A DNA stretch of 59,965 bases, counting the filler, from Asterionella formosa (lineage: Eukaryota), in the NCBI GenBank assembly GCA_002256025.1. It is 11 parts of 11 records of this genome, joined end to end, with 100 filler letters (N's around TTAATTAATTAA, not from the genome) between each part and the next. Parts side by side here need not be neighbours in the genome. Positions count along the whole stretch, not along the records: positions 21,885 to 27,247 come from NKIB01013102.1; positions 27,348 to 32,708 come from NKIB01013103.1; positions 32,809 to 38,168 come from NKIB01013104.1; 8 more parts are not named here. One strand, written 5' to 3'. Both the position numbers and the translations under genes were made by a program. The notes beneath the pieces were generated by a model. The model did no database searches, was not told the origin of the DNA, and was given only the letters and a program-made list of their open reading frames with translations. Every line of letters starts with the position of its first letter. The first letter of the stretch is position 1. This document shows, in pieces, positions 22,321-34,230 of this stretch.

Positions 22321-24036
22321 TCACTTTGTATGCCTGCCGCTGGCTTTCATGATTGTTGCTGCGGAGACAATATTTGACAACAAGACTGTCGCTCGCGGTG
22401 TACCTGCCAATTGACCTTGCTCTCCCTTCTTTGCCGCACTCGTTGTTAGAAGCTGCAAAAGCTCGGCTCGCTGAGGATAAATCCTCGCAGCGTAAAAGTC
22501 AATCAACACTTTTCGGGACACTCCAAATGCTTGCTCGACTTGAGCAGGAGTTCGCATCCATGCCATTTGTTCCGACCATGCATCCCAGAGTCGCCTCATT
22601 TCGTAGTCCATTGTTTCTCTAGACGCTTCTAGAGGGGCGTCAGAGAACACATCGAATCGTTGCGTTTTGGGTCGTGAAGCAGCTTTCAAGACTGTAACAT
22701 TTGTATCATTAGAGTCACTTGGAACCAGTTTTCGTTTTCGGGAAGCCGTTCCCACTAATGTCGTCGCTTGAGATTGCTTCGCCAGACATTGCATGATATC
22801 GCCCGCTTGACATACAAAATATGTGATGGATGCACACAGAGTAGATGGTTTGGCAACGTCTATAGTTCTCTCCAAGTGATGAACCAAATATTGTACGCAT
22901 GCCGTAGCCACGGGTGGGAGCTCCAATTTTCTCGTAGCATGTTCCACCAAGCCTGCTTGTGGCAACGTCGAGTGCTTGGCAAAATCTGGGAAGACCTGTT
23001 TCAGTTCCGCAATGGCCTTGGAGCAGTGCTTGGTCTTGATAAGAGAAAACGAGTTTACAACCTCTTGGAGGGTCCGCGTGAAACCCAAATTGCGAGCTGT
23101 CAAGTACAGCAGTGCACATGCTAACGCGGACGATTGCTTTCGTCGATTAAAGTCGCGAAGCTTTTCAGAGACCTCCGCATGGTCTTTGGTGACGTTCCTA
23201 TTTTCCGATAATCGCGAAGATACACCCGTGACTCTTATTCCATCTTTTCGAGTCGCATATTGCACCAGCATATGTGAGGATTCTTGGAGCACACGGTCCG
23301 GTAGATGCAAGGCATTGTATCCTTCCTTTAGTATTGAGAAGGCTTGGTACAGGCTGGAGGCTGCCTTTTTGGAAATAGAATCCATCGTTTTGAGCAAGTC
23401 CTCTCGATTGAGATGAGCAACTTGTTCCGAAGCATCCCCATGGAGCGTAAGTGCACGTTCTAACGACCACTTGTCTCCATACAACGCATGATGCGCTGCG
23501 TCTTCTTCCTCCTTAAGAATGTTGTTTTCCACTGCTTGATCGTGATCTGGTCGAATGCCAATATCTGGCTCGTTCTCGCCCTCCGCTGTCGTGCAGCCAT
23601 GTTTCAATCGCACCAATCGATCCAACTTTGTCAATTGGAGTATTTTCTTGTGTTGCTGTTCCATACTGTGGTCCATTTTCTTATTGGCAACAATCAAATT
23701 TTTTCTTCTAGTCGTATCTCCTGATCCCGCGACAACCCCGCCGAATATGTGATTCGAGAGTGTGGTTGGTTGCAACCCACCGAGGTATTTCGATTCGTCC
23801 ACGGCCTGCATGCCGGATCGTGCCTTGTTTGTTCCTTCATCGTCTTGATAGGTCATCCATTCAGGACGAGTGTCTAGTAGTTGACCTTCGTCGACCACGC
23901 CGCAATTGGTGCAAACACGATCGCCTTGGGCCCAGTCGGTTTTGAGAGCGAACGATTGACAGGACCTGCATGGCCTGTCATCGTCGTCATCGTTGCAGGA
24001 GCCATTGTAATAGGCCATGGGTCCCAACGTTGACAT
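22321..24036 (-). CDS. Divergent TFIIB-family transcription factor
   Basis: N-terminal zinc ribbon (CRSC...DWAQGDRVCTNCGVV), B-reader-like TRPEWMTY, cyclin-fold motifs (ALACALLYLTAR...RTLQEV; KPSTLCASITYFVC). Intact 571-aa ORF. Confidence 0.8.
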   Translation of the reverse strand: MSTLGPMAYYNGSCNDDDDDRPCRSCQSFALKTDWAQGDRVCTNCGVVDEGQLLDTRPEWMTYQDDEGTNKARSGMQAVDESKYLGGLQPTTLSNHIFGGVVAGSGDTTRRKNLIVANKKMDHSMEQQHKKILQLTKLDRLVRLKHGCTTAEGENEPDIGIRPDHDQAVENNILKEEEDAAHHALYGDKWSLERALTLHGDASEQVAHLNREDLLKTMDSISKKAASSLYQAFSILKEGYNALHLPDRVLQESSHMLVQYATRKDGIRVTGVSSRLSENRNVTKDHAEVSEKLRDFNRRKQSSALACALLYLTARNLGFTRTLQEVVNSFSLIKTKHCSKAIAELKQVFPDFAKHSTLPQAGLVEHATRKLELPPVATACVQYLVHHLERTIDVAKPSTLCASITYFVCQAGDIMQCLAKQSQATTLVGTASRKRKLVPSDSNDTNVTVLKAASRPKTQRFDVFSDAPLEASRETMDYEMRRLWDAWSEQMAWMRTPAQVEQAFGVSRKVLIDFYAARIYPQRAELLQLLTTSAAKKGEQGQLAGTPRATVLLSNIVSAATIMKASGRHTK

Positions 24037-24747
24037 CCTCTATTTGGAATTTAGGTGTCCTTGCTCCAAATATATTTGGTCAGGGGAGGAGGAGCATTGC
24101 AGTCCTCCAAAATTTGGAATTGGTTGCCTGAAACAATAATCACACCGCATGGGCGAAAGGCAGTGGCTGATGGATGCAGGTAAACTTGAATAAAAATTAA
24201 AAAGCAGAGGAAAAATACACAACACCAGATCGGTAGTGGCGCGAGAAAAAATTGCGGGACGCGCGACATGATCGAACTTCAGCCAGTCATTTTTGTAATG
24301 ATCAGCCATTATCGACTTCTTGTACACCGGTACTGGTACCTGTGTACCTGGTAACTCACCAGATCATACAGCTATTTTATAGACTGGATCATCCTGGAAT
24401 ATCCATCCTTGACGTGTGCTTGCTTTGCTAAATTTGTCATGTACTGTATTGTTTTATGCAAAATATATATCTTCCCATTACATAGTGTACGTGATAGTCG
24501 AACAAAATGGGTTGCTTAAATTCAAGAATACAAGCCCCCTTCTTTATACATACCTCCATATGAAGATACCCCTAGATATCAGTTTTTGTCCATAAATTGA
24601 ACAGTACAAATATTTTGAACACATGTGCATGATCATGACCAAACCGCAAGAAGGGGATTTGTGTTGCCTGACTTTTTTGTTCCAACGAAATCAAACTCGC
24701 AGGCGAAAGACAATACGGTTGACTTGTGTTTTCATCATCATTCCACC

Positions 24748-26508
24748 ATGAAGGCAACTGCACGATCAGCCACCATGACCATGATGCTCTGTCTGTTGGC
24801 AGCGACGATGACTCCGACGAGCGCCTTTGTCATTCAAGTCACTTCAATATGTTCTCGTGCCATGGTAGCATCTTCATTACAAGCTAGCAGAGCGCCTAGA
24901 AAGAAGCCATCTGGAAGACAAATCAACAATGATAAGGATGATCCCTATTTTGATTTCGATTCTGGTGGTCGGGGGGACGCTTCTTACTCTTCTCATGAAT
25001 CAAGTAGTAGGCACACGGATTCAGGCGATCCGTTTGACGACTTTGATGGTTGTGACCAGCATATCAGGCAGTCGAGGGAGGACCGCGAGACACCTCAAGT
25101 CGCCAAAACCCACTTCTTTTCCCAAAAATTAATTCATGATCCCACCTTTATTCAAAACACAAAAATATTCGATCTCTTGTGTCAAGGCATGAAGATTGAC
25201 CGGCCATCCAAAATTCAAGCTCTCGCTTGGCCAGTAATTCTAGAGGGAAATCACGCCATTGTCGCTGATCAAACTGGATCTGGAAAGACTTTGGCATACT
25301 TAATTCCATTGTTGCAGCGTGCTCTATCAGCAGTGGCGAAAGATTCCACTCGCCGCAATGGATCGCCCCGATTGTTAGTCCTCGCACCTACCGCAGAGTT
25401 GGCAGATCAAATTAAACAAGTATGCAATCGACTTTCAAAAGAATTGTCCTTTTCCAGTATGGTCATAACATCTACGGGAATGCACAGTACATCAATTAGA
25501 GATCAAATTAGGCTGCTGCAGCGACAGCCAGTCGATGTTATGATATCGACACCAGGGCGAATCGCCACCATTTTACGAACACGCAATAGTGGATTGGATC
25601 TGACTCAGCTGCAATCGATTGTCCTTGATGAAGTTGATGTGCTAATGGTGGATGAAACATTTGGTCCACAACTGAGAACTGTCGGAGCCGCATCACCAGT
25701 TGGAACAACGCAATTTGTCTTTGTGACTGCAACCCTACCTGACAGTGTGATTCAAAGGGTAGAACAAGAATTTCCGGGTGTCGTGCTCATCAAAGGGCCT
25801 GGTTTACATCGAGTGGCATTGACTGTGAAGGAGCATTTGGTGGATGTATCAGTCCCAAGTAGCTACAACCGTGACATAAAGATGTGTTTTGACATCAAGG
25901 CCAAGCAATTGTTGAAGTGCCTTCGTCAAAACAGATGTCGCCGCACACTTATATTTTGCAATACTGTTGAATCATGTCGGACTGTTGAGAATTTACTCAA
26001 TCGAAAGGACCGACGCGGTCAAATTGTTGATGTGGGTGCATATCACAATGCGATGACTCCAGACTCGCGCAATGCTGCGCTACGTAAGTTTGCTCATGGC
26101 GAGGATGACGTTGATTACATCTTAGTATGTACTGACAGGGCTGCTCGTGGAGTAGACTTTGATGCTGCGCCAGTGGATCATGTAGTACTGTGGGATTTTC
26201 CCAAAGACCCTGCAGAATACGTTCGGCGGGTTGGTAGAACGGCAAGAGCTGGAAGAGATGGAGTATCTACTGTCTTTTGTTATGGGTGGCAATTGCCCAT
26301 TGCACGCAAAATTATGGGTAGCAAACTGGAGTCATTCACTGTTGCAGTAGATGACATGAAGGATGGCGATGATGAAATCAAAGGAGGTGTGCAAGGAAGG
26401 CGACAGTTGGAAAGGGAAAAGCATGCCATGATTGGGAAAAATATTCAAGGTGGAAAGTTATGGAAGGAGAAGGTAGCTCTTCAGGACCCTAAACCTGGAG
26501 AAAATTAA
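24748..26508 (+). CDS. Plastid-targeted DEAD-box RNA helicase, RH50-like
   Basis: Motifs [41 protein letters not shown] and [11 protein letters not shown]. Signal peptide ends TSA-FV, an ASAF-like plastid motif. ATG 24748 is preferred over the ORF-track start 24625 because it places the signal peptide at the N-terminus. Confidence 0.88.
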   Translation: MKATARSATMTMMLCLLAATMTPTSAFVIQVTSICSRAMVASSLQASRAPRKKPSGRQINNDKDDPYFDFDSGGRGDASYSSHESSSRHTDSGDPFDDFDGCDQHIRQSREDRETPQVAKTHFFSQKLIHDPTFIQNTKIFDLLCQGMKIDRPSKIQALAWPVILEGNHAIVADQTGSGKTLAYLIPLLQRALSAVAKDSTRRNGSPRLLVLAPTAELADQIKQVCNRLSKELSFSSMVITSTGMHSTSIRDQIRLLQRQPVDVMISTPGRIATILRTRNSGLDLTQLQSIVLDEVDVLMVDETFGPQLRTVGAASPVGTTQFVFVTATLPDSVIQRVEQEFPGVVLIKGPGLHRVALTVKEHLVDVSVPSSYNRDIKMCFDIKAKQLLKCLRQNRCRRTLIFCNTVESCRTVENLLNRKDRRGQIVDVGAYHNAMTPDSRNAALRKFAHGEDDVDYILVCTDRAARGVDFDAAPVDHVVLWDFPKDPAEYVRRVGRTARAGRDGVSTVFCYGWQLPIARKIMGSKLESFTVAVDDMKDGDDEIKGGVQGRRQLEREKHAMIGKNIQGGKLWKEKVALQDPKPGEN

Positions 26509-28627
26509 TCTGGTATGCACTGTTTTAAACTATATGCATCTATATATCTTTGTAGTATACTACTCCAAACTACTTGAGAATTGACTTATTATTATTATTA
26601 TTATTATTCAATTACTGTAGGATTCGATTCTAACATTTCATTTCATTGGAAGACAAGTTAATTCATATTCAAAGAATCTAGGTAAGTACAAGGGAGGATG
26701 ACAGCATGCAAAAAATCTGCCATGCCACTGCCATCATTTCTCAGCTTGGGTCAAAACCACCACTGTCTCTACCTCTGAACAACCTCCTCCCATTTCTATA
26801 CCAGGGTCAAATCCTTCCCAATATAATGCCTAGCAACAAGGACACACCAATAACAGGAAGGATCAAGCAGCTTTTCAATGCTCCTTATTTACTAACCAAT
26901 CCTCCTCCAACACAGAGTGAATCAAGCTCCTTCCAACTTTCTCCAACATGGGTCAAAGCTAAATCACAGCGTACACAATATGCACAGGCAATGGTGGTGG
27001 TGCCGACCAGTATCATAGTCAGCATTAGCCGGTATGATATAAAAGTACCGGTATATCAATTACCGGTACCGCACTATTTTTTTTATGTAAAATCATTTAT
27101 TCGTGGCCACCCAATATCGTCTAACTTGGTGATGGATTTTGTGATCCTCTGCATTTATTTGCAGTACCTGGTACGACGAGCAGAACTTAATCTCCACGAG
27201 GGAATACAAACGGTACAACTACTAGTGGTATGTACTGGTGAAAATTTNNNNNNNNNNNNNNNNNNNNNNNNNNNNNNNNNNNNNNNNNNNNTTAATTAAT
27301 TAANNNNNNNNNNNNNNNNNNNNNNNNNNNNNNNNNNNNNNNNNNNNGGCGGGGGTCTGAATTGGAGACCATTCTTGTATTTTTGTTAGCATTACTACTG
27401 ACGATACCGGAGGAGTGGCACCAATGGGTCCCACTGTTGGCTTCTCCTGTTCCATTTTGCTTGTTTCCGCGCTGAACTAGCAGCTCAACAGCTTACTAGC
27501 AGTATTGTTATCACAAGACAAATATAACGCGAAGGTTGAAGAGGAGAAGGAAAACAGAGGTGAAGAAAAAAAGAACGAAGGTTAAGTCTGAATCGAAGAT
27601 GAGAGTGCAAACCGAGCGGTGATTAAACTGGTTATTTTATTACTAAGAGTTATCATCACATGTTCCGGTATATTGAATGACCCGAGACCAGGCGTCTTTG
27701 TCCGTTGAACCAAATTTATTACCTAGGACATCGTGCATCTTGGAGAAAAGAATCGAATCGTTACTCGAGGACATCGAGAACCCCCGCTTACAATCTAAGT
27801 ATGCGTAAGCACAGGTAGCAACCAGGAGTGAATACACGTTTTGATACTTACTATGTAAATACAGGATGACCCCCCATGAAATGATACTTCGACATCATAT
27901 CTGGATAAAGCATCCTGCTTGTAACTTTTATTGAAGGGTTCACCTGTGGTCGCTTTGTGATTTGCGTTAAGGATACGGCTTGACGACGAGGCAAACGTCG
28001 AAGCAGAAGAGAGCGACGATTGAAACGATCACTTACGATTCCAGTACCAGGTACTGTGTTTAAGACGAGCAGGTAATAAATGCTTATATAGACCTACTTT
28101 TAAGACATTTCTAATCATGTATACAGTATACCGACAATTCCTAAATGAGCTATTTATGAGTACCGGTATTTAATGGTTCCTCGTCAATTATGACAGTATC
28201 CACCTATAGTAATTGTAAGAATTTTTGCTAAGGACTTTATATTAAAAACCGTGAAATAATGAACGAATGCTTTCCCTCAAGAACCATTTACTACATTTCG
28301 GTAGGAATTCCTAGTTGCTCCTCAAGGCAAAATGCGTGTTCGGGAATTTTACGTATGTTACGTAGGTCAAAGCATCTCTACAGAAAATGCACAGATGAAA
28401 ACCCGCACTTACATCGAGGTGAACCAGCACAACAATCAATAATAATACTATATACAGGAATGAAGTACCGCAATACTGATAATTCTTTGGAGTACATGAT
28501 ACAATTATTGCAATAAATATATATACATAAACATATATATATCAATAAAGGATTGATGTTTTAGGTAGTACTAGGCTTAAATTAACAATTAAATTTTATA
28601 TTACATTGCAGCTATCCAATACCATAA

Positions 28628-28815
28628 TTGCACTTGGGCCCAAAGAAATGGACACAAGTAGTACTGGTTTTATTCATCTGTATAGTACAATGGGACCTTT
28701 CATTCTATCAGCTGCACCCCCAGAATCCTAAGGGACTACATGAAAAAGACAAGTGGAGAATACAGGAATCAAACCTGACACCTCAGAAGGCATACTCACC
28801 AATTAAGCCATTCCC
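28628..28815 (-). mobile_element. tRNA-derived SINE-like element, family 1, copy 1
   Basis: Reverse complement reads GGGAATGGCTTAATTGG...GGTTTGATTCCTGTATTCTCCAC, then a body ending GGCCCAAGTGCAA. Homologous to 29003-29160. Confidence 0.65.
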
Positions 28816-29002
28816 TTAGAAGATATGTCAGTGAATGAAAAAAGGGTTAGATGTAACACTTTTGCTCTGCTATTATTGACTGCCCCACCAAAACTATTGC
28901 AGTATGACTTTTTTATTGATCATACATAAAGAGTTGTTGCTCAATAACTTTTTGCACATTTGATCATAAATAAATAAATATATATATATATATGATTGAT
29001 CA

Positions 29003-29160
29003 GGTGAATAGCTTAGTTGGCTTGCTCACCTTCTGAGGTGCTGGTGGGTTCGATTCCTGCATTCTCCACCTGCTTTGTTTATGTTGCTTGTCCCTTGGGT
29101 TCTGTGTGGTGAGGCAGACAACAAACAGGTCTAGTAAGGTCCTCTGGGGGCCAAGTGCAA
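29003..29160 (+). mobile_element. tRNA-derived SINE-like element, family 1, copy 2
   Basis: A box TAGCTTAGTTGG, B box GGTTCGATTCC, tRNA-Ala-like 3' end GCATTCTCCA, and a ~90-nt tail ending GGGCCAAGTGCAA. Confidence 0.7.
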
Positions 29161-29503
29161 ATTCACAAACTCCACAATTGTTCAGTTCTGTAATGATGCA
29201 TAACAGCATACTACAAAATTTACTTAATATTTTTTTGTATGTGATCAATCATATAGTATAAATTATTATCAATTTTGGTAGCCCAGTGATCTTTTCTGTA
29301 TTCTAGCTATATACAGGTGCATCCATGACTCCTTGTATGCATGCTGCGCGCAATAATCCTATAGTAAGTATAATTTTGGTAGCCTGCTGGTGATTATTTC
29401 CGTTTTCTACATACAGGTGGCTGCACATAGGACTCCTGTCACTCATGTGTGTATGCATGCTGTGATAATCCTCCGAGTTTTTTACTAGTTTTGTTGGCTG
29501 GCT

Positions 29504-29923
29504 ATCTAATTTTACCGGCAACCATTTCTGACCAGAAAGAATGATCTAGAATCAAAATTAGTTGATTCTTATATCCTATAGATTCGATCAAAGCGTATTG
29601 ATCATATGATAAACGATGTCATTGAGATGAGAAAATGATTAATCAAAATTTGTTTTAACTAGTAGGATAGATTGATATTAAAAGCACAATCAAAAGAACT
29701 AAATATTCTACATCAGTCATCTAATTTTACTGGCAATCATTTCTAACCAGAAAATATGATCTCTAATCAATAAAGCTTGTTTCGCATATCCTATACCTTC
29801 GATAAACATACTGATCATATGATCAACAGTACCTTAGATTGAGAAAATGAACATTTATTGTAAGAATTAGGATAAATTGATATTAAAAGTAAGATCAAAT
29901 GATACTAAACGCATGATATTCAG
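29504..29923. repeat. Diverged tandem duplication, two units, period 215 bp
   Basis: ATCTAATTTTAC(C/T)GGCAA(C/T)CATTTCT starts at 29504 and again at 29719. Shared internal blocks are TATCCTATA, TGATCATATGAT, GAGAAAATGA and TTGATATTAAAAG. Confidence 0.85.
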
Positions 29924-30122
29924 TTTCTCGCTGTACTATTATGTTGGCATTTCTATTATGCAAGTAAATAGCGGTACTCCCTCTTTCCAATATTAGTTTT
30001 ATCGATAATTCAATTTTATCCGGGGTCATTTTGACTCCTACAATATTCTCCGGCTCATTTGCCCTATTGTGTGGCTTGCTCTAAGCTACAGATCTCTGTA
30101 TACATAAATGATAGACTGTTTT

Positions 30123-30487
30123 ATAGCCCATTCCTACTCCCCTTTTTCAAGGAAAGTACTCATTGTGCTACCTGCCAACAAGACCTGGTGTGCTTCCCTA
30201 GTTTTGTTAGTGTAGCGGAGTCCCCAACCACCTTTCACGAAAGGTGCTTATTAGCGTAGGTGAGTCCCCAACCACCTTTCACAAAAGGTGATCGTCTTAG
30301 TGGCAGCGCTAGAGGAAACTCCGACCGCCTAGGAAGACGGCACAAACTCCTTGTAGAAGGGGGGCAATCCCACTATTCCGTGGGAGTCGAACCCAATAAT
30401 TGCTTCTCAAAAGAACAATTGCAGGAATCGAACCACACAACTTCAGATCAAAGGCAATGTGCTCTAATAATTTCCATAAGCCATTCC
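30123..30487 (-). mobile_element. SINE-like element, family 2, copy B
   Basis: Reverse complement matches 11617-11893: two B boxes, GGTCGGAGTTTCC, GGTTGGGGACTC and AACAAAACTAGGGAAGC. Contains an internal duplication of CACCTTTT..GAAAGGTGGTTGGGGACTC. Confidence 0.7.
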
Positions 30488-31029
30488 ATTCTGATCTCTG
30501 TATACAATATATGTTGAAAGATAAAAAATGGCAACTACATTTGAAAATAGTTTTTCGGCTTTTTCACCTTCAACTTTTGCGCATCGCGAGCGAAATGCAG
30601 ATGCCGACTTCACTTTTTTCTTGCCACCACCTCTTTTCAACAAGTATATGAGAAAGGAACCACCACCAGAAGAGCGTCAACTTGTGTTGGATTATGATGG
30701 TTAGGAACCTCCAAAGGACTTGGTGGATGGGACGAAATAGATGGTCGGCTCGTTTCAGTGCCACCGTTAAATATTTGGCGGGACGGTTAAAAGTTGCTAG
30801 ATAAAACAACCATATAAAACAAATATAGAACTGCGTACTTGAATCCTATTATAATGGTGATATTTACCTATGTGTTTGGCATCGCTTTCCCGAAATACAA
30901 TTGTGAAGAAATAATTGAAGCGATTCAAAATATTCCATATCACAAGCGTACTATATTAGCAGCTGCTCTTGTCCTTCGCAATCAATGAACAGTTTTTTGG
31001 ATTGCAAAGGATAACAGGCACAATGTAAT

Positions 31030-31260
31030 AATGTAATACGTCCACACACAAGTGCGGTGAAGCCAATGATGTCTTCGGAGGAGGGTAATATTAGTTGTTT
31101 TATGTATTGTGTTAACCATTTACAATTAAACCATCCGGATAAAGAAAATACTTTCCCTTGCGTTGCTTGATTTCGATCCTGGACTGTTCGGATATTGCGA
31201 TGGCTTCTACAACCAGGTTCATATTGATGAAAAGAGGTTCTTTGTTTCAAAAGAAAAGGT
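31030..31260 (+). pseudogene. Mariner-like (DD39D, plant-type) transposase fragment
   Basis: IRPHTSAVKP followed by VHIDEKRFF, matching the HIDEKWF motif at the first catalytic D. Short and disrupted. Confidence 0.6.
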
Positions 31261-32808
31261 TTTCACATTGGGAAGGTCGGGGGTTTTAACTGATAGGTTA
31301 GCAGCTGGGGAAGGAGCAATTGAGTTGGCCCACACTTTCCCGGATGATCAGTTTAAATAGTAGTGTGGTGTTCTGATCAGAGGGTTTTCGTCTCCAGCGC
31401 CATTACGGCTGCTTTGGATCAAAGACATTAATTCACCCTTTTTATAGATTATATATATACATAATAGCACTGGTTGTTAATGGTTATTCATATTTTTTAT
31501 TTACACAGAAGTAGAATTGCTATTATCTAAGTGATCATTTCCTCCTTAACAGCATCTACGATTTTGACCTTAACATGGAGACATGTAAATAGCGCAACTC
31601 CATAACCTCGCATATTCATTCTTCTTTTTGTTTGCTCCCTAGACTTTTTAGCAGTTCAATAACTACAGCATTACGATTAACATACTGTGCTGCCTCGACT
31701 TTGTTATGCGCGATTATCCTTGCAAGATACCCAACTCTGCACCTCTGACCTGCTGACCTCCTGCATCTAAGCCGCGAAATACCCCACTTTTCGAAATTTC
31801 ATCTACGTAGGAGAGGTAATTATGGTAATTATTTGATACTTGACATGCATTATGTGAAGTTTTAACGGCTTCGTTTGAAGTTTCGAGAAGAAACATCAAA
31901 CTTGAGACTGAATTAATTGATGTTTCAAATAATTCATTTCAAAGTTTGACGAAGATCCTGCTCTTGCTTGTGAATAAATCATTTACGACATGCACTTTCA
32001 TTTACGAAATACCAACGATATTTGTGGTGACTGAATTCATGCATTTAATATCAAAGTATTACGGTTCTGCACATCACATGAATAACAATGATTTTCAATT
32101 CAAATCCAAAATTTTATAAAAGGATGTATCATTCATACTTAATCATCGCAACACGAACTCATTGCGTTTTGAGTACTAGTAGTATCGCTTGGCCTTTTCT
32201 ACAAGATATGTAAAGGAATGTACCAATTGCAACGAAGTTGGTCGACAATGGATATTGAACACCTCGATAAGTAGTTTGCATTTTTGCATTGTCAAAGCAA
32301 ATATACATTCATAACTGCAAAAATCGCTCAATTTTGTCATCATAACGCACACCAACAACTTAATGTGTATTGAGCATGCTCGGTTTCGTCTAAAACATAT
32401 GTGAACAAGGAATATACACATCTGTACTAAATTGGACAAGAATGATAAAAAACAATTTCTGCAAATCCAGTCTGAACACCTTAATTGATTTCTTTTTTAA
32501 AAATGCAAGTAGCTACATTGCTTCACCAAATTAGATAAATTATAGGGCATACAAACTCACTCAATATCGTCATAAAACCATCAACTTGTTACGATTTGCT
32601 TGTTTGAATAGCTACCTTGTGTATGTGCCCCTTCCTTGTCTGATTTCTTCCAACTCACCTCTAGCCGTAAAAAAATTACACCACCAGGACATGTAAGCAC
32701 GACCACGCNNNNNNNNNNNNNNNNNNNNNNNNNNNNNNNNNNNNNNNNNNNNTTAATTAATTAANNNNNNNNNNNNNNNNNNNNNNNNNNNNNNNNNNNN
32801 NNNNNNNN

Positions 32809-33053
32809 TAATTCGCGTAGATTTCTTGCATGGTTTGAGGACTGGTTTGGTATCATTATGTACCGGTAGTCAGGAAGGAAAAGCACATGTTTGTAGCCAG
32901 CCCGTAACCGTTGAATTTTCGTGATACTTTTTGGTCATACAAATTCATTTTTATTTTTGTGGAGAATGGATTTTTTCGGTTTAAATCGAGTATCCGTTAC
33001 ATGATACTTTTTCAAAAAAAATGATACCAAATCGAAAATGATAAGAACGACCC
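32809..33053 (-). mobile_element. End fragment of the PIF/Harbinger-like non-autonomous element seen at 58011-58915
   Basis: Reverse complement aligns to 58011-58240. Ends ATGATAAGAACGACCC followed by TAA. Confidence 0.85.
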
Positions 33054-33166
33054 TAATTGATAATCAAAATATAACAGATTTCGTTGTACAAAAATAAATA
33101 ATAATTGATCCTCTTAAAATTACCATAGAAACCATTTCCCACGTTGGGTCAATATGAGTAGTGCTC

Positions 33167-33850
33167 CTATAAGTTTTTCTTATACGTGGCAGTCGCAATT
33201 ATACCTCCTGCATCAGCAATCGTCACCTGGTTCTTGTCGCACAGAAGTGCTCCACAACCATTCTCTTGCACCTTAGCATTGGAGGAATGAGTCTTCATTG
33301 CAGACAGAATCGTAGTGATACCTCCTGCTTCAGCAATCGTTACCTTGTTCTTGTCATTATTCTCAGCCAAGTTCCTAAGTGCTCCACAACCATAGTGTTG
33401 AACATTAGCATTTGAGGAATGAGTCTTCATTGCAGACAGAATCGTAATGATACCTCCTGAATGAGCAATCGCTACCTTGTTGTTTTCATTAACAGACAAG
33501 GACCAAAGTGCTGCACAACCATTTTCTTGCACCTTAGCAGCATTCCGTTGATTCATTAGCATCTTTGAAAGAATTTTATCAATGTTTTCATTGCATCTAC
33601 GACAGAAAGGGCAGCCGTGTCGATTGATCCGAACGGCTGGATGATGAGGACAGAATTGTCCAAACAAAGCAAAGAAAAAAAAGGACGAAAACGAACTGGA
33701 AGTGGTCGGTAGCGAAGAATGAGGATTCGGCAGTGGCTGCTCAGGTCCAAGCTGCTGAGCAGGAGTTGAAGCAAGGGACTCTTCTCGTTTACCATGCTTA
33801 GACACAGCATGATGGTGGGTAGTGGCGTATGAAAGACTGGAAATCACCAT
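33167..33850 (-). CDS. Armadillo-repeat protein (short, possibly truncated or a pseudogene; N-terminal exon structure uncertain)
   Basis: About 2.5 copies of a 42-aa ARM repeat (VQENGCxAL...NKVxIAxAGGIxTILSAMKTHSSNA), with a 126-bp DNA period. Confidence 0.75.
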   Translation of the reverse strand: MVISSLSYATTHHHAVSKHGKREESLASTPAQQLGPEQPLPNPHSSLPTTSSSFSSFFFFALFGQFCPHHPAVRINRHGCPFCRRCNENIDKILSKMLMNQRNAAKVQENGCAALWSLSVNENNKVAIAHSGGIITILSAMKTHSSNANVQHYGCGALRNLAENNDKNKVTIAEAGGITTILSAMKTHSSNAKVQENGCGALLCDKNQVTIADAGGIIATATYKKNL

Positions 33851-34230
33851 GTTTCATTTGTTCTTGTTGTTGCATTTGTGATTAAAAACCCTCCACGTTG
33901 TGATCTCTCTCTTGTTGATTTCTACATGCAAGGTCAAAACATACCGGTATTCAATATACCTGTAGTGATGAAAGGGCTTTTGTATACCGGTATATATGAC
34001 GCATCACCACATATTCCTTTGATGGTATATAATGTACCGGTAGCGCGCACAAACATAGATTATGGACAAAAGTTCCTGCATGGTGATGACTGAATGAATT
34101 TGGTCCTTGCACGTAGAATTCAATAAAAGATGGTACAGACTCATGCATTACAAACACGTCTCAAAGAAGAAAAGGGGTTTCACCTCACATGCCATAAAAC
34201 AATCTACTAATCAACGAGAACAAATCAAAC

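Noticed and set aside
22353..23945. Plus-strand ORFs opposite the TFIIB-like gene, and similar antisense ORFs over the CBP, copia, helicase and LysRS sequences
   Set aside because: These are shadow ORFs of real coding sequence with no recognisable motifs.
24625..24747. N-terminal extension of the helicase from the ORF-track start
   Set aside because: It starts at GTG and would bury the signal peptide. ATG 24748 fits better.
26706..27247. 197-aa ORF at the contig end
   Set aside because: No recognisable domain, it runs through a TACCGGTA patch, and it ends in the linker.
29003..29068. Functional tRNA gene
   Set aside because: The anticodon loop is only 4 nt, the D arm is irregular, and a non-tRNA tail is shared with a second copy. 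Treated as SINE-like.
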